From positions 1 through 32,173 of the forward strand of contig JACRMD010000258.1 in the NCBI GenBank assembly GCA_016215085.1: a stretch of DNA of 32,173 bases, given 5' to 3'. The notes beneath the pieces are model-generated. The model was not told the origin of the DNA. It ran no database searches and saw only the letters and a list, made by a program, of their open reading frames with translations. The first letter of the stretch is position 1, and each line of letters opens with the position of its first letter. The stretch is from Solirubrobacterales bacterium. GTDB taxonomy: Bacteria > Actinomycetota > Thermoleophilia > Solirubrobacterales > Solirubrobacteraceae. Of the stretch, positions 17,398-25,365 are shown one piece after another. A program made the translations under genes and the position numbers.

Positions 17398-18334
17398 GCT
17401 CGCGGACGTTGGCGGTGGACTTGACGATGTAGAGGGGACGGCGCTTGACCTCGTCGTAGATGCGGCCGATGTACTCGCCGATCACGCCGAGCGTCATCAG
17501 CTGGAAGCCGCCGATGAACAGCACGGCGAACAGCACCGACGGGACGCCGCGGTCGTAGATGCCCGAGTAGCGGGCGATGATCACCAGCGGCAGGCCGAGG
17601 AACGCGATGGCGCTGATCCAGAAGCCGATGACGGTGGCGATCTGCAGCGGGAAGTGCGAGAAGGACGAGACGCCGTCGATCGCCAGGCGGATCATCTTGC
17701 GCAGCGGGTACTTCGTCTCGCCGGCGTGGCGGGCGTCGCGGTCGTACTCGACCACCGCCTGCTCGTAGCCGACCCACGAGGTCATGCCCCGCAGGAAGCG
17801 GGAGCGCTCGCGCAGCTGCAGCAGGGCGTCGAGCGCGCTGCGGTCCAGCAGCCGGAAGTCGCCGGCGTTGGGCTCGAGGTCGATCTGGGCCAGCCGGCCC
17901 ATCACCGAGTAGAACGCCTTCGCGGTGAGGAGCTTGAAGCGGGTCTCGCCGGGGCGCTCGCGGCGCTTGGCGACGACGACGTCGGCCCCGCCCTCCCAGG
18001 CGGCCAGCAGCTCGGGGATGACCTCCGGCGGGTCCTGCAGGTCGGCGTCGATCATCACGACGGCGTCGCCGCGGGCGTGGTCGAGCCCCGCCGTGATCGC
18101 CATCTGGTGGCCGAAGGCGCGCGAGAGGTGCACCACGCGCACGCGCGGATCCACCTCGGCGAGCTCGTCGAGGATCGTGGGGGTGCGGTCCGTGGACCCG
18201 TCGTCGACGATGACGAGCTCGAACGGGATGCCCGCAAGGGCCGTCGAGACGCGCCGGTGGAACTCCCGGGCCACGTCCTCCTCGTCGAGCATCGGGGCCA
18301 CCACGCTGAGCAGGTGGAGGCTGCGCTCCTGCAC
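17378..18334 (-). CDS. GT2 GtrB-like undecaprenyl-phosphate glycosyltransferase (paralog of 14040-15065)
   Basis: VDDGSTDRT, FGHQMAITAG, IDADLQDPPE, AGDFRLLDR, GEYIGRIYDEVKRRPLY. Confidence 0.9.
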   Translation of the reverse strand: MQERSLHLLSVVAPMLDEEDVAREFHRRVSTALAGIPFELVIVDDGSTDRTPTILDELAEVDPRVRVVHLSRAFGHQMAITAGLDHARGDAVVMIDADLQDPPEVIPELLAAWEGGADVVVAKRRERPGETRFKLLTAKAFYSVMGRLAQIDLEPNAGDFRLLDRSALDALLQLRERSRFLRGMTSWVGYEQAVVEYDRDARHAGETKYPLRKMIRLAIDGVSSFSHFPLQIATVIGFWISAIAFLGLPLVIIARYSGIYDRGVPSVLFAVLFIGGFQLMTLGVIGEYIGRIYDEVKRRPLYIVKSTANVREHEHDVA

Positions 18335-18378
18335 GAGTGGTCAAGGGTACCGAGCACGGACGCGGCTACGCTCCGACG
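18335..18378. promoter_or_regulatory. Putative divergent promoters for near-leaderless transcripts
   Basis: TACGCT (+, 18367-18372) lies 6 nt before GTG 18379; TACCCT (-, 18344-18349) lies 9 nt before GTG 18334. Confidence 0.5.
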
Positions 18379-19368
18379 GTGAGCGCGATCAGCGAGGACC
18401 AGGCGGCGCTGCGGCGCACGTGGGAGGAGCACGGGTGCGTCGTGCTCGAGGGCACGGTGCCCGATGACGCGATCGACCGCCTGCTCGAGGACCTCGCGCG
18501 GGCCGCCGCCGAGGGCGACGACCGGCTGCTGGCCCGCACCCCCGAGGACCCCGACGGCTACGTGCCGCTGCGGGCCGGGGCGGCGGTCGAGCACGTGGCC
18601 GACCCCCACGCCCACCTCGCGGCCGCCCGCGACCTGCTGCTCTCCGACGCGCTCGTGGCGTGGCTCCGGCTGGTCTTCGACGCCGAGCCGCTGCTGTTCC
18701 GCGCGCTGGCCGTCGAGCGCGGGGAGGCCCAGGGGCCCCACCAGGACAGCGCCTACGTCGCCGTCTCGTCGCCGCAGGCGCTCGTCTCGGCCTACGTGGC
18801 GCTCGAGGACGCGCAGGAGGGCTCGGGTGAGCTCGTCTACTGGGAGGGCTCGCACCGCGTTCCGGAGCACCTGTTCTCCGGCCGCTACAAGCACTGGAAC
18901 CCCGAGCGCGACGGCGACGCCGAGCACGAGGCCTGGCGCCGGGAGCTCGAGGAGCACGTCGCGGAGCTGCCGCGGCGGACGTTCCTGCCGCGCAAGGGCG
19001 ACGTGCTGGTGTGGTCGGCCGACCTCGTCCACGCCGCCGCCCCGGTCACCGACGAGGGGCGCACGCGCCGCTCGCTGGTGGCCCACTACTGCCCGGTGGG
19101 CGTCGAGCCCGCGTACTTCGGCTACCGCGAGGACCGGCGCACGACCGTGGCGTACAACGGCGGGCGGTACGCCAGCGAGCACCACGACCTGGAGCCCGAG
19201 CCGGCGCCGCCCGAGGAGGAGGAGGAGACGATCCCCACGGCCGCCGAGCAGCAGGCCGTGCGGGCCGAGCGCCGGCAGCCGTCGGGAGCCGAGCCCTCGG
19301 GTCAGCCGCTGCGCCGCCGCTCGGGCGGCCTCGTCGGGCGCGTCCGCGGGATCCTCGGCGACCGCTAG
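18379..19368 (+). CDS. Phytanoyl-CoA dioxygenase (PhyH) family Fe(II)/2-oxoglutarate oxygenase
   Basis: HxD motif (PHQDSAY), GELVYWEGSH, KGDVLVWSADLVH, TRRSLVAHY. Start moved from 18337 to the in-frame GTG 18379 because of the -10 box. Confidence 0.82.
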   Translation: MSAISEDQAALRRTWEEHGCVVLEGTVPDDAIDRLLEDLARAAAEGDDRLLARTPEDPDGYVPLRAGAAVEHVADPHAHLAAARDLLLSDALVAWLRLVFDAEPLLFRALAVERGEAQGPHQDSAYVAVSSPQALVSAYVALEDAQEGSGELVYWEGSHRVPEHLFSGRYKHWNPERDGDAEHEAWRRELEEHVAELPRRTFLPRKGDVLVWSADLVHAAAPVTDEGRTRRSLVAHYCPVGVEPAYFGYREDRRTTVAYNGGRYASEHHDLEPEPAPPEEEEETIPTAAEQQAVRAERRQPSGAEPSGQPLRRRSGGLVGRVRGILGDR

Positions 19369-19373
19369 GGCCG

Positions 19374-19829
19374 CTAGAGCGGCGTGTCGAGGATCGGCCG
19401 GTGGTTGAAGACCCACCGCCGGCCGACGAGGAACATCACCAGCGGCACGACGGGCAGGACGACGGCCTGCCCGACGATCTTGCCCATCCCGAAGGCGTGG
19501 ATCGCGATGCTCAGCAGCACGACGTTGACGCCGAGACCGATGCCCTGCGCGGCCAGCCAGGTCAGCCAGCCGCGGACCGACGGCGTCGCGCCGCCGAAGG
19601 TCCAGTGCTCGTGCGTGAGGTAGCCGATCGAGTTGGCCACCAGGTAGCCGAAGAACGCGGCCAGCACGTACGGGACGCCGGACTCGATGCAGATCGTGTA
19701 GGTGATGAAGTAGATCGCGAGGTTGACGAGGCCGACGACGCCGTAGCGGGCCAGCTGCCAGAACGTGTGCTCGCTGAACGGCAGCCGCGCGACGAGCGGC
19801 GCCAGCAGGCCGTCCCACCGCGCCCTCAC
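19374..19829 (-). CDS. GtrA family protein (putative lipid-linked sugar flippase)
   Basis: GTG 19829 overlaps the upstream stop; 151 aa with 4 TMs; QLARYGVVG, HEHWTF, RRWVF. Confidence 0.85.
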   Translation of the reverse strand: MRARWDGLLAPLVARLPFSEHTFWQLARYGVVGLVNLAIYFITYTICIESGVPYVLAAFFGYLVANSIGYLTHEHWTFGGATPSVRGWLTWLAAQGIGLGVNVVLLSIAIHAFGMGKIVGQAVVLPVVPLVMFLVGRRWVFNHRPILDTPL

Positions 19830-20665
19830 GCCGCCACCCCCGCGCGGTCGAGGTAGTCGGCCAGCTGCTCGCGCCACGGGCGCAGCGCCGGCAGGCCCAG
19901 CGCGTCGGCGCGCGGCCGCGCCAGCACGCCATTGAGCGGCCGGTCGGGCTGGCCGGGCTGCAGGACGGTCTCGCCGGGCTCGACCTCGGCCTCGATGCCC
20001 TGGGCCTCGAGGAAGGCGAGCGTGAACTCGAACCAGGAGCAGGCGTCCGGGGCCGTGAGGTGGACGAGGCCGGAGGCGTCGCGCTGCACGGCGTCGACGA
20101 GCGCCCGCGCGAGGTCGTACGTGAACGTCGGCTGCAGCCGCTGGTCGGCGACCATCCTGATCTGGCCGGTGTCCTTGGCCCGCGCGGTCATGCGGGTGAC
20201 GAAGTTGCCGCCCTTCGACGCGCTGCCGTGCAGGCCGTAGAGCCCGGCGGTGCGGGCCACCAGCGCCCCGCCGACGGTGGAGACCAGCCCGAGGACCGCC
20301 GCCGCGGCCATCACCCGGGCGCGCAGCCGCCGCATCTCGACCGGGTCGGTGAAGTCGGTGTGTCAGACCCGCCCGAGACGGCGGCTCCCGTTGGTCGACA
20401 GGTGCACGAGCTTGGGCCCGAGCGTCGCCATGTGGCGCACGGCGCGGACGTTGACCGCCCACGCGCTGTCGGGCTCGGTCTCGCACACGTCGACGTTGTG
20501 GAACGCGGCGCAGTTGAAGATGACGTCGACGCCCTCGGCCGCGCGCGCGACCGCCGCCTCGTCGGCGATGTCGAGCTCGGCGTGCGAGAGCACGCGCGCG
20601 TCGGGCAGGAGCTCCTGCAGGTCGGAGGCCAGCTGCCCGCCGCCGCCGGTGACCAGGGCCTTCAC
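19826..20665 (-). pseudogene. rmlD: dTDP-4-dehydrorhamnose reductase-like (RmlD family), interrupted by a non-homologous in-frame segment containing TGA
   Basis: GTG 20665 gives LVTGGGGQLA, LDIAD, NCAAFHNVDVCE, LVHLSTN. The C-half (RTAGLYG, NFVTRM, VADQRLQPT, SWFEF, RP) is in the same frame. TGA at 20363-20365; YVFDG and YxxxK are absent. Confidence 0.82.
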
Positions 20666-21741
20666 AGGACGCTCTCGAACTCGCTCAGCGACGGCTTGAG
20701 CTCCTCCAGGAGCTCGAGCCACCGGATGTTGTAGTGCCTGGGGTCGGTCAGCTTCGCGCGGTCCCAGCCGTCGATGCGCTCCAGCAGGTCGGTGACCGCC
20801 TCGAGCACCGAGCGGCGCGGGACGAAGCCGAGCGTCGACGCCAGCTTCACGTTCGAGCACTCGTAGTCACGCGTGAGCTTCGGCGCCGGCACCTCCTCCA
20901 GCGTCACCTGATGGCCGGCCAGCTGCACCGACCCGGCGACGATCAGCGCCAGCTCGCGGATCTGGTAGTTGGAGTGCACGACGTTGAAGATCTCGCCGCG
21001 CACCTTCTCGGCGGGCGCCTCGAAGGCGGCGATCATCGCGTCGGACACGTCGCGCACGTCGACCAGCGGCCGCCACATCCAGCCGCCGCCGTGCAGCAGC
21101 AGCTTCCCGTTGAGCAGCGCGTCCTTGACGAAGGTGTTGACCACCAGGTCGAAGCGCATCCGCGGCGAGTAGCCGTAGACCGTGCCGTTGCGCAGCAGCA
21201 CCGGCACCAGGCCCTCGCCGGCGAGCTCGAGCAGCTTCTCCTCGGCGTAGCGCTTGGAGGTGGCGTAGGCGGCGCGCGGCTCGAGCGGCGCGCGCTCGTC
21301 GTGCATCCCGGGCGGCAGCCCGTCGTACAGCGAGCACGACGAGGCGAAGACGTAGCGCTCGATCCCTCGGTCGACGCACATGCGCCCGAGCGTCTCGGTC
21401 GCCACGGCGTTCATCTGCCAGTTGGCCTCGGGGTTGAACTCCGCCGTCGGGTCGTTGGAGAGCCCGGAGAGGTTGATGACGCCGTCGACGCCGTCGAGCG
21501 CGTCGGCCGGGACGTCGCGGACGTCGGCGCGCACGACCTCGACGCGGTCGCGGAAGCCGGCCAGCGCGTCTTCGCCGAAGTACAGGCGGTCGAGCAGGCG
21601 CACGTGGTAGCCGCGCTCCAGCAGCCGCGGCACGAGCACGCAGCCGATGTAGCCGGCGCCGCCGGCGACCAGGATCGTCTGGCCGGGCCGCGGCGCAGCG
21701 GGCGCCAGCCCGTTGTCACGGGGAGGGGACATTGCGGTCAC
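20662..21741 (-). CDS. NAD-dependent epimerase/dehydratase (extended SDR)
   Basis: AGGAGYIG, SNDP, ASSCSLY, YATSK, RNGTVYGYSPRMRFDLVVN. The start may be ATG 21732. Confidence 0.88.
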   Translation of the reverse strand: MTAMSPPRDNGLAPAAPRPGQTILVAGGAGYIGCVLVPRLLERGYHVRLLDRLYFGEDALAGFRDRVEVVRADVRDVPADALDGVDGVINLSGLSNDPTAEFNPEANWQMNAVATETLGRMCVDRGIERYVFASSCSLYDGLPPGMHDERAPLEPRAAYATSKRYAEEKLLELAGEGLVPVLLRNGTVYGYSPRMRFDLVVNTFVKDALLNGKLLLHGGGWMWRPLVDVRDVSDAMIAAFEAPAEKVRGEIFNVVHSNYQIRELALIVAGSVQLAGHQVTLEEVPAPKLTRDYECSNVKLASTLGFVPRRSVLEAVTDLLERIDGWDRAKLTDPRHYNIRWLELLEELKPSLSEFESVL

Positions 21742-21743
21742 TC

Positions 21744-21766
21744 ACGGTAACGCGATCGAAATCGCG
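21744..21766 (-). promoter_or_regulatory. Putative -10 box with adjacent short palindrome (possible operator)
   Basis: TACCGT on - (21744-21749); inverted repeat CGCGAT-cgaa-ATCGCG at 21751-21766. Confidence 0.3.
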
Positions 21767-21793
21767 AGGTTGCGACGATTCCTCGCCGGTCCG

Positions 21794-22708
21794 TCACGGA
21801 ACTGCGACGGAAGGCGCGCCGCGGCGCGCGCTCCCGAACGCGAGCACGTCCGCCACCGCCTCGCGCGCCAGCGGCGGCCACAACGCCGACGCGCGGAAGC
21901 GCTCGGCCTTGCGGCGGCCGTTGAGGCGCATCGTGCGGAACGCGTCGGGGGCCCGGCGCAGCTGCACCAGGACCTCCCAGAGCTCCCAGGGCTGCGCGAT
22001 CTCGACGTAGTCCACGCCGGGCACCAGCCCCCACCGCGGCGACAGCGTCTCGCTGATGACCAGCAGCCCGGCGGCGAGGAACACGCTGACGCGGTTCTCG
22101 TAGTTGGGGTAGGGCTCGTTGTGGAGGTTGATCCCGACGTCGCTGTCGGCCATGAAGCCGACCAGGCGGTCGTCGGAGACGCCGTGGGCCAGGTGCACGA
22201 CCGGGAAGTCGTGCTTGACCGGGTCCAGGAAGCCGTCGCGGTGCGGGGTCGCCCGGCCGGTGAACAGCGCGCGCGGCGTGCCCGACGCCGGGCGCACGTC
22301 CGCGAACAGCGAGTCGCCGACCGGCAGCGGCAGCGACCGCCACACGGGCACGATCGGGTCGACGGTCTCCAGGAAGTACGGGTCGTAGGAGACGATGCGG
22401 TCGAAGTTGGCGGGGTCGGCGGCGCGCAGGTAGCCCAGCCGCGTCTCCAGGTCGGGATGCGACGGGCGGCCCGGGCGCGGCAGCGGCTCGGTGAGGAAGC
22501 CGATCGTCACCGCGTCGAGGTCGGCGAGCATGCCCGGCTCGAGCAGCTCCGGCCGGAACACCACCACCACGTCGGGGGCGAACGCGTCGAGCTGCTCGCG
22601 GACCGCGCCGGCCTGGAGGTCGACGAACCGCGGCTCGACGCCGTCGGTCGGCGCCTCGAGCGCCATGTAGTGGAAGTAGACCTGCTGGCCGACGAAGGCG
22701 AGGCGCAC
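21794..22708 (-). CDS. GT-B fold glycosyltransferase-like protein, paralog 2 of 3
   Basis: FVGQ, VVVFRPE, GFLTEPLP, FDRIVSYDP, INLHNEPYPNYENRV, GRRKAERFRAS. Confidence 0.7.
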   Translation of the reverse strand: MRLAFVGQQVYFHYMALEAPTDGVEPRFVDLQAGAVREQLDAFAPDVVVVFRPELLEPGMLADLDAVTIGFLTEPLPRPGRPSHPDLETRLGYLRAADPANFDRIVSYDPYFLETVDPIVPVWRSLPLPVGDSLFADVRPASGTPRALFTGRATPHRDGFLDPVKHDFPVVHLAHGVSDDRLVGFMADSDVGINLHNEPYPNYENRVSVFLAAGLLVISETLSPRWGLVPGVDYVEIAQPWELWEVLVQLRRAPDAFRTMRLNGRRKAERFRASALWPPLAREAVADVLAFGSARRGAPSVAVP

Positions 22709-22734
22709 GGGCCTGGAGACTAGGGTGTGGCGCC
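22709..22734. promoter_or_regulatory. Putative symmetric bidirectional promoter
   Basis: 26-bp gap; TAGGGT (+, 22721-22726) and TAGTCT (-, 22717-22722) share the central TA, and each lies exactly 8 nt from a GTG start. Confidence 0.6.
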
Positions 22735-23790
22735 GTGAAGGTCCTCTTCCTCGCGCCGTCCCTGCCGACGCCGGTCGACCGCCTCGCCGACGGCCTGCGC
22801 CGCGGCGGCCACGACGTGACGATCGGCCTGACCGAGCAGCGGCCGTCGGGCGCCGCGGCGGTCGGCGGCGTGACCGCGACGGCGGTGGAGGAGGTCCTGC
22901 CGGGCGGCTACGACCTCGCCGTCGCCACCACGTGGGACGCGACGATCCGGCTCTTCGAGGCCGACGCCCGGCGGTACGCGTCCTGGGTCGACGCGTTCGG
23001 GTTCGAGCGCCTGGGCACCTGGCAGGCCGAGCGCATCGGCGCGGTGCTCGCCTACGACCTGCCCGTCGCGTTCATCGCCACCTCGCCCTACGTCAAGGCC
23101 CGCCTGGAGGAGCGCCGGCCCGACGCGCGCGTCGTCCTCGCCCGCGCCGGCCTGGACCACGAGCACTGCGAGATGGCCGACCGCGCCGGCGGCGAGGGCC
23201 CCCTGCGCGTCCTGCTCGGCGGCGGTGAGGACGACGTCGCGGCGCTCGAGCAGGCCACCGCGCCGGTCGCCCGCGCCGAGGGGCTCGCCGACGCCGACGT
23301 CCTCGTCCACCTCGACGCCGTCGACGGCCTGCCGCGCACGCTGGAGGCCGCCCGCGCCGGCGTCGTGCCCGTCGTGCTGCCCGGCCCGCAGGAGGACGTC
23401 GTCGAGCACCTGCGGTCGGGGATCGTCGCCACGCCGGAGGACCGCCGCGGCGCCGGCCGCTGGCTCGACCGCCTGGCCGGCGACCGCGAGCTGCTCGGCC
23501 ACCTGGCGAGCGCCGCCCGCGAGCGCGCGACCTCGTGGCCGGGCTTCGACGAGGCCACCGACGAGCTCGAGGGCGCGCTGGCCACGATCCTCGACGCCGA
23601 CCCGCCGCCGGCCACCTCCTGGCCGACGCGCCTGATGGCCGACGCGATGGCCGGCATCGCCACCTACCGCAACGACTACTTCTACGTCGTCGGCGAGCTC
23701 GAGCACCTCAAGAAGGACCCGGCCGTCCAGCGGGCCCTCGAGCTCCGCGACCGCTCCAACCGCGTGAAGTCCAGGCTCCGCCGCGGCTGA
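22735..23790 (+). CDS. Divergent GT4-like glycosyltransferase (paralog of 1027-2268)
   Basis: Shares DLPVAF, RPDA, GPLR(I/V)L, DRELL and WP blocks with 1027-2268; the E-x7-E motif is degenerate. Confidence 0.7.
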   Translation: MKVLFLAPSLPTPVDRLADGLRRGGHDVTIGLTEQRPSGAAAVGGVTATAVEEVLPGGYDLAVATTWDATIRLFEADARRYASWVDAFGFERLGTWQAERIGAVLAYDLPVAFIATSPYVKARLEERRPDARVVLARAGLDHEHCEMADRAGGEGPLRVLLGGGEDDVAALEQATAPVARAEGLADADVLVHLDAVDGLPRTLEAARAGVVPVVLPGPQEDVVEHLRSGIVATPEDRRGAGRWLDRLAGDRELLGHLASAARERATSWPGFDEATDELEGALATILDADPPPATSWPTRLMADAMAGIATYRNDYFYVVGELEHLKKDPAVQRALELRDRSNRVKSRLRRG

Positions 23791-24701
23791 TGCGCGCGGT
23801 CTACGTCGGCCAGTCCCAGTACTTCACGTCCTGCGTGCCGCCCGGCGCGGACTTCGTCGACCACCGCGGCGGCGCCGACGCCGGCCCGATGCTCCGCGCC
23901 GTGCGGGCGCTCGAGCCCGACGTCGTCGTGGTCTTCCGCCCCGAGATCGTGCCCGCCGGCGCCTTCGACGGCCTCCCCGCGCTGACGCTCGGGTTCAACA
24001 CCGAGCCGCTGCCCCGCGGCACCGACGCCCACCCGGACCAGCTGTGGCGCCTCGGCGAGCTCGCCCAGACCGACACCGGCCAGTTCGACCGCATCATCAC
24101 CTTCGACCCGCTCAGCGCCCAGGCCGCGCACGCCGCAGGCGTCCCCGTCTGGCGCTCGCTGCCGCTGCCGGTCGCCGACGGGCTCTACGGCGAGGTGCGG
24201 CCGATGCGCCACCCGCCGCGCCTGCTGTTCCTGGGGTACTCGACCGACCACCGCGAGCGCTGGCTCATGGACGTCAAGCACCACTTCGACCTCCTGCACG
24301 TCGCCCACGGCGTCCACGGGCAGCGGCTGCACGACCTCTTCGCCCGCACCGACGTCGCGATCAACCTCCACGTCGAGCCCTACCCAAGCTTCGAGAACCG
24401 CGTCTGCCTGCACCTGGCCGCCGGCCACCTCGTGCTCAGCGAGCCGCTGTCGCCGACGCACGGGCTGGAGCCCGGGCTGGACTACGTCGAGTGCGAGACG
24501 CCGCGCACGCTCGTCGAGGCGATCGTCTCGCTGCGCGCCTACCCGGGGATCTTCGACGCGGTCCGCCGCCGCGGCCGCCGCAAGGTCGAGCAGTTCCGCG
24601 CCTCGCGCGTGTGGCCGCGCGTGCTGGCCGACCTCGGGCGCGACGTCGCCGCGTTCGGGACTCAGCGGCGGAAGACGGCGCGGACTACGCGCCCGGCCTG
24701 A
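23790..24701 (+). CDS. GT-B fold glycosyltransferase-like protein, paralog 3 of 3
   Basis: Real start ATG 23790 (TGATG overlap). YVGQ, VVVFRPE, GFNTEPLP, FDRIITFDP, INLHVEPYPSFENRV. Confidence 0.7.
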   Translation: MRAVYVGQSQYFTSCVPPGADFVDHRGGADAGPMLRAVRALEPDVVVVFRPEIVPAGAFDGLPALTLGFNTEPLPRGTDAHPDQLWRLGELAQTDTGQFDRIITFDPLSAQAAHAAGVPVWRSLPLPVADGLYGEVRPMRHPPRLLFLGYSTDHRERWLMDVKHHFDLLHVAHGVHGQRLHDLFARTDVAINLHVEPYPSFENRVCLHLAAGHLVLSEPLSPTHGLEPGLDYVECETPRTLVEAIVSLRAYPGIFDAVRRRGRRKVEQFRASRVWPRVLADLGRDVAAFGTQRRKTARTTRPA

Positions 24702-25365
24702 CAGCTCGGACCGTTACGACGAGCTCGAAGTCGGGGTCGTGGTGGGCGAGCTCGCGCTCGTCGAGGTCCTCGGCCGCCAACCCGTACAGGAACGCGCACG
24801 CGCTGACGACGTTGCCCACCGCGGCGACCTCGACGTTCCCGGCGCCGTAGACGTCGGCGAACAGCTTGCGCGCGCCGTCGGTCGTGAAGCGCCACCAGTC
24901 GCCCCAGACCGGGCGGTCGTCGGTGCAGACGCGGCTCATCCCGGGCAGCGTCCCGAGCAGCACGCCGCCGGGCGCCAGCGCGCGCCACGTCCCGCGGATC
25001 GCCGCCTCGGGCTCGGGGATCAGGTGCAGCGTCTGGGTGAAGATGAAGGCGTCGAACGCCGCCTCGGGGACGCCCTCGCCGGTCATGAGATCGCCGCGCA
25101 GCGTCGCCGCGGGGTTGTCGTCGCCGTGGTGCAGGACCTCGGACGCGGTGACGCGGTCGCCGCCGAACCACTGCGTGTAGGTCGACTCGTAGAGCTCGAG
25201 CACGCGCCCGCGGACGTCGCCCTCGTGCTCGCGCAGGAAGCGCTCGATGTACCAGCGGTCGACGGGCTTGCCGCGGTCGAACCCGAAGTTGCGGCTGACC
25301 GGCTCGAGGTCGCGGCCGACGCGGTCGCGGACCGACGGCGCCGCCCGCCGCAGCGGGTTCCTCAC
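24685..25365 (-). CDS. Class I SAM-dependent methyltransferase-like protein
   Basis: GTG 25365 overlaps the wzm stop. FGFDRGKPVDRWYIE, GRVLE, FDAFIFTQTLHLI, LAPGGVLL, DWWRFT. Confidence 0.78.
   Translation of the reverse strand: MRNPLRRAAPSVRDRVGRDLEPVSRNFGFDRGKPVDRWYIERFLREHEGDVRGRVLELYESTYTQWFGGDRVTASEVLHHGDDNPAATLRGDLMTGEGVPEAAFDAFIFTQTLHLIPEPEAAIRGTWRALAPGGVLLGTLPGMSRVCTDDRPVWGDWWRFTTDGARKLFADVYGAGNVEVAAVGNVVSACAFLYGLAAEDLDERELAHHDPDFELVVTVRAVRPGA

Noticed and set aside
20363-20365. TGA as selenocysteine in rmlD
   Set aside because: It lies in a non-homologous segment, not at a conserved Cys, and readthrough would still lack YxxxK.
20267-20389. Invertible phase-variation segment in rmlD
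   Set aside because: The opposite strand does not encode the missing YVFDG/YxxxK region, there are no flanking inverted repeats, and there is no recombinase in the window.
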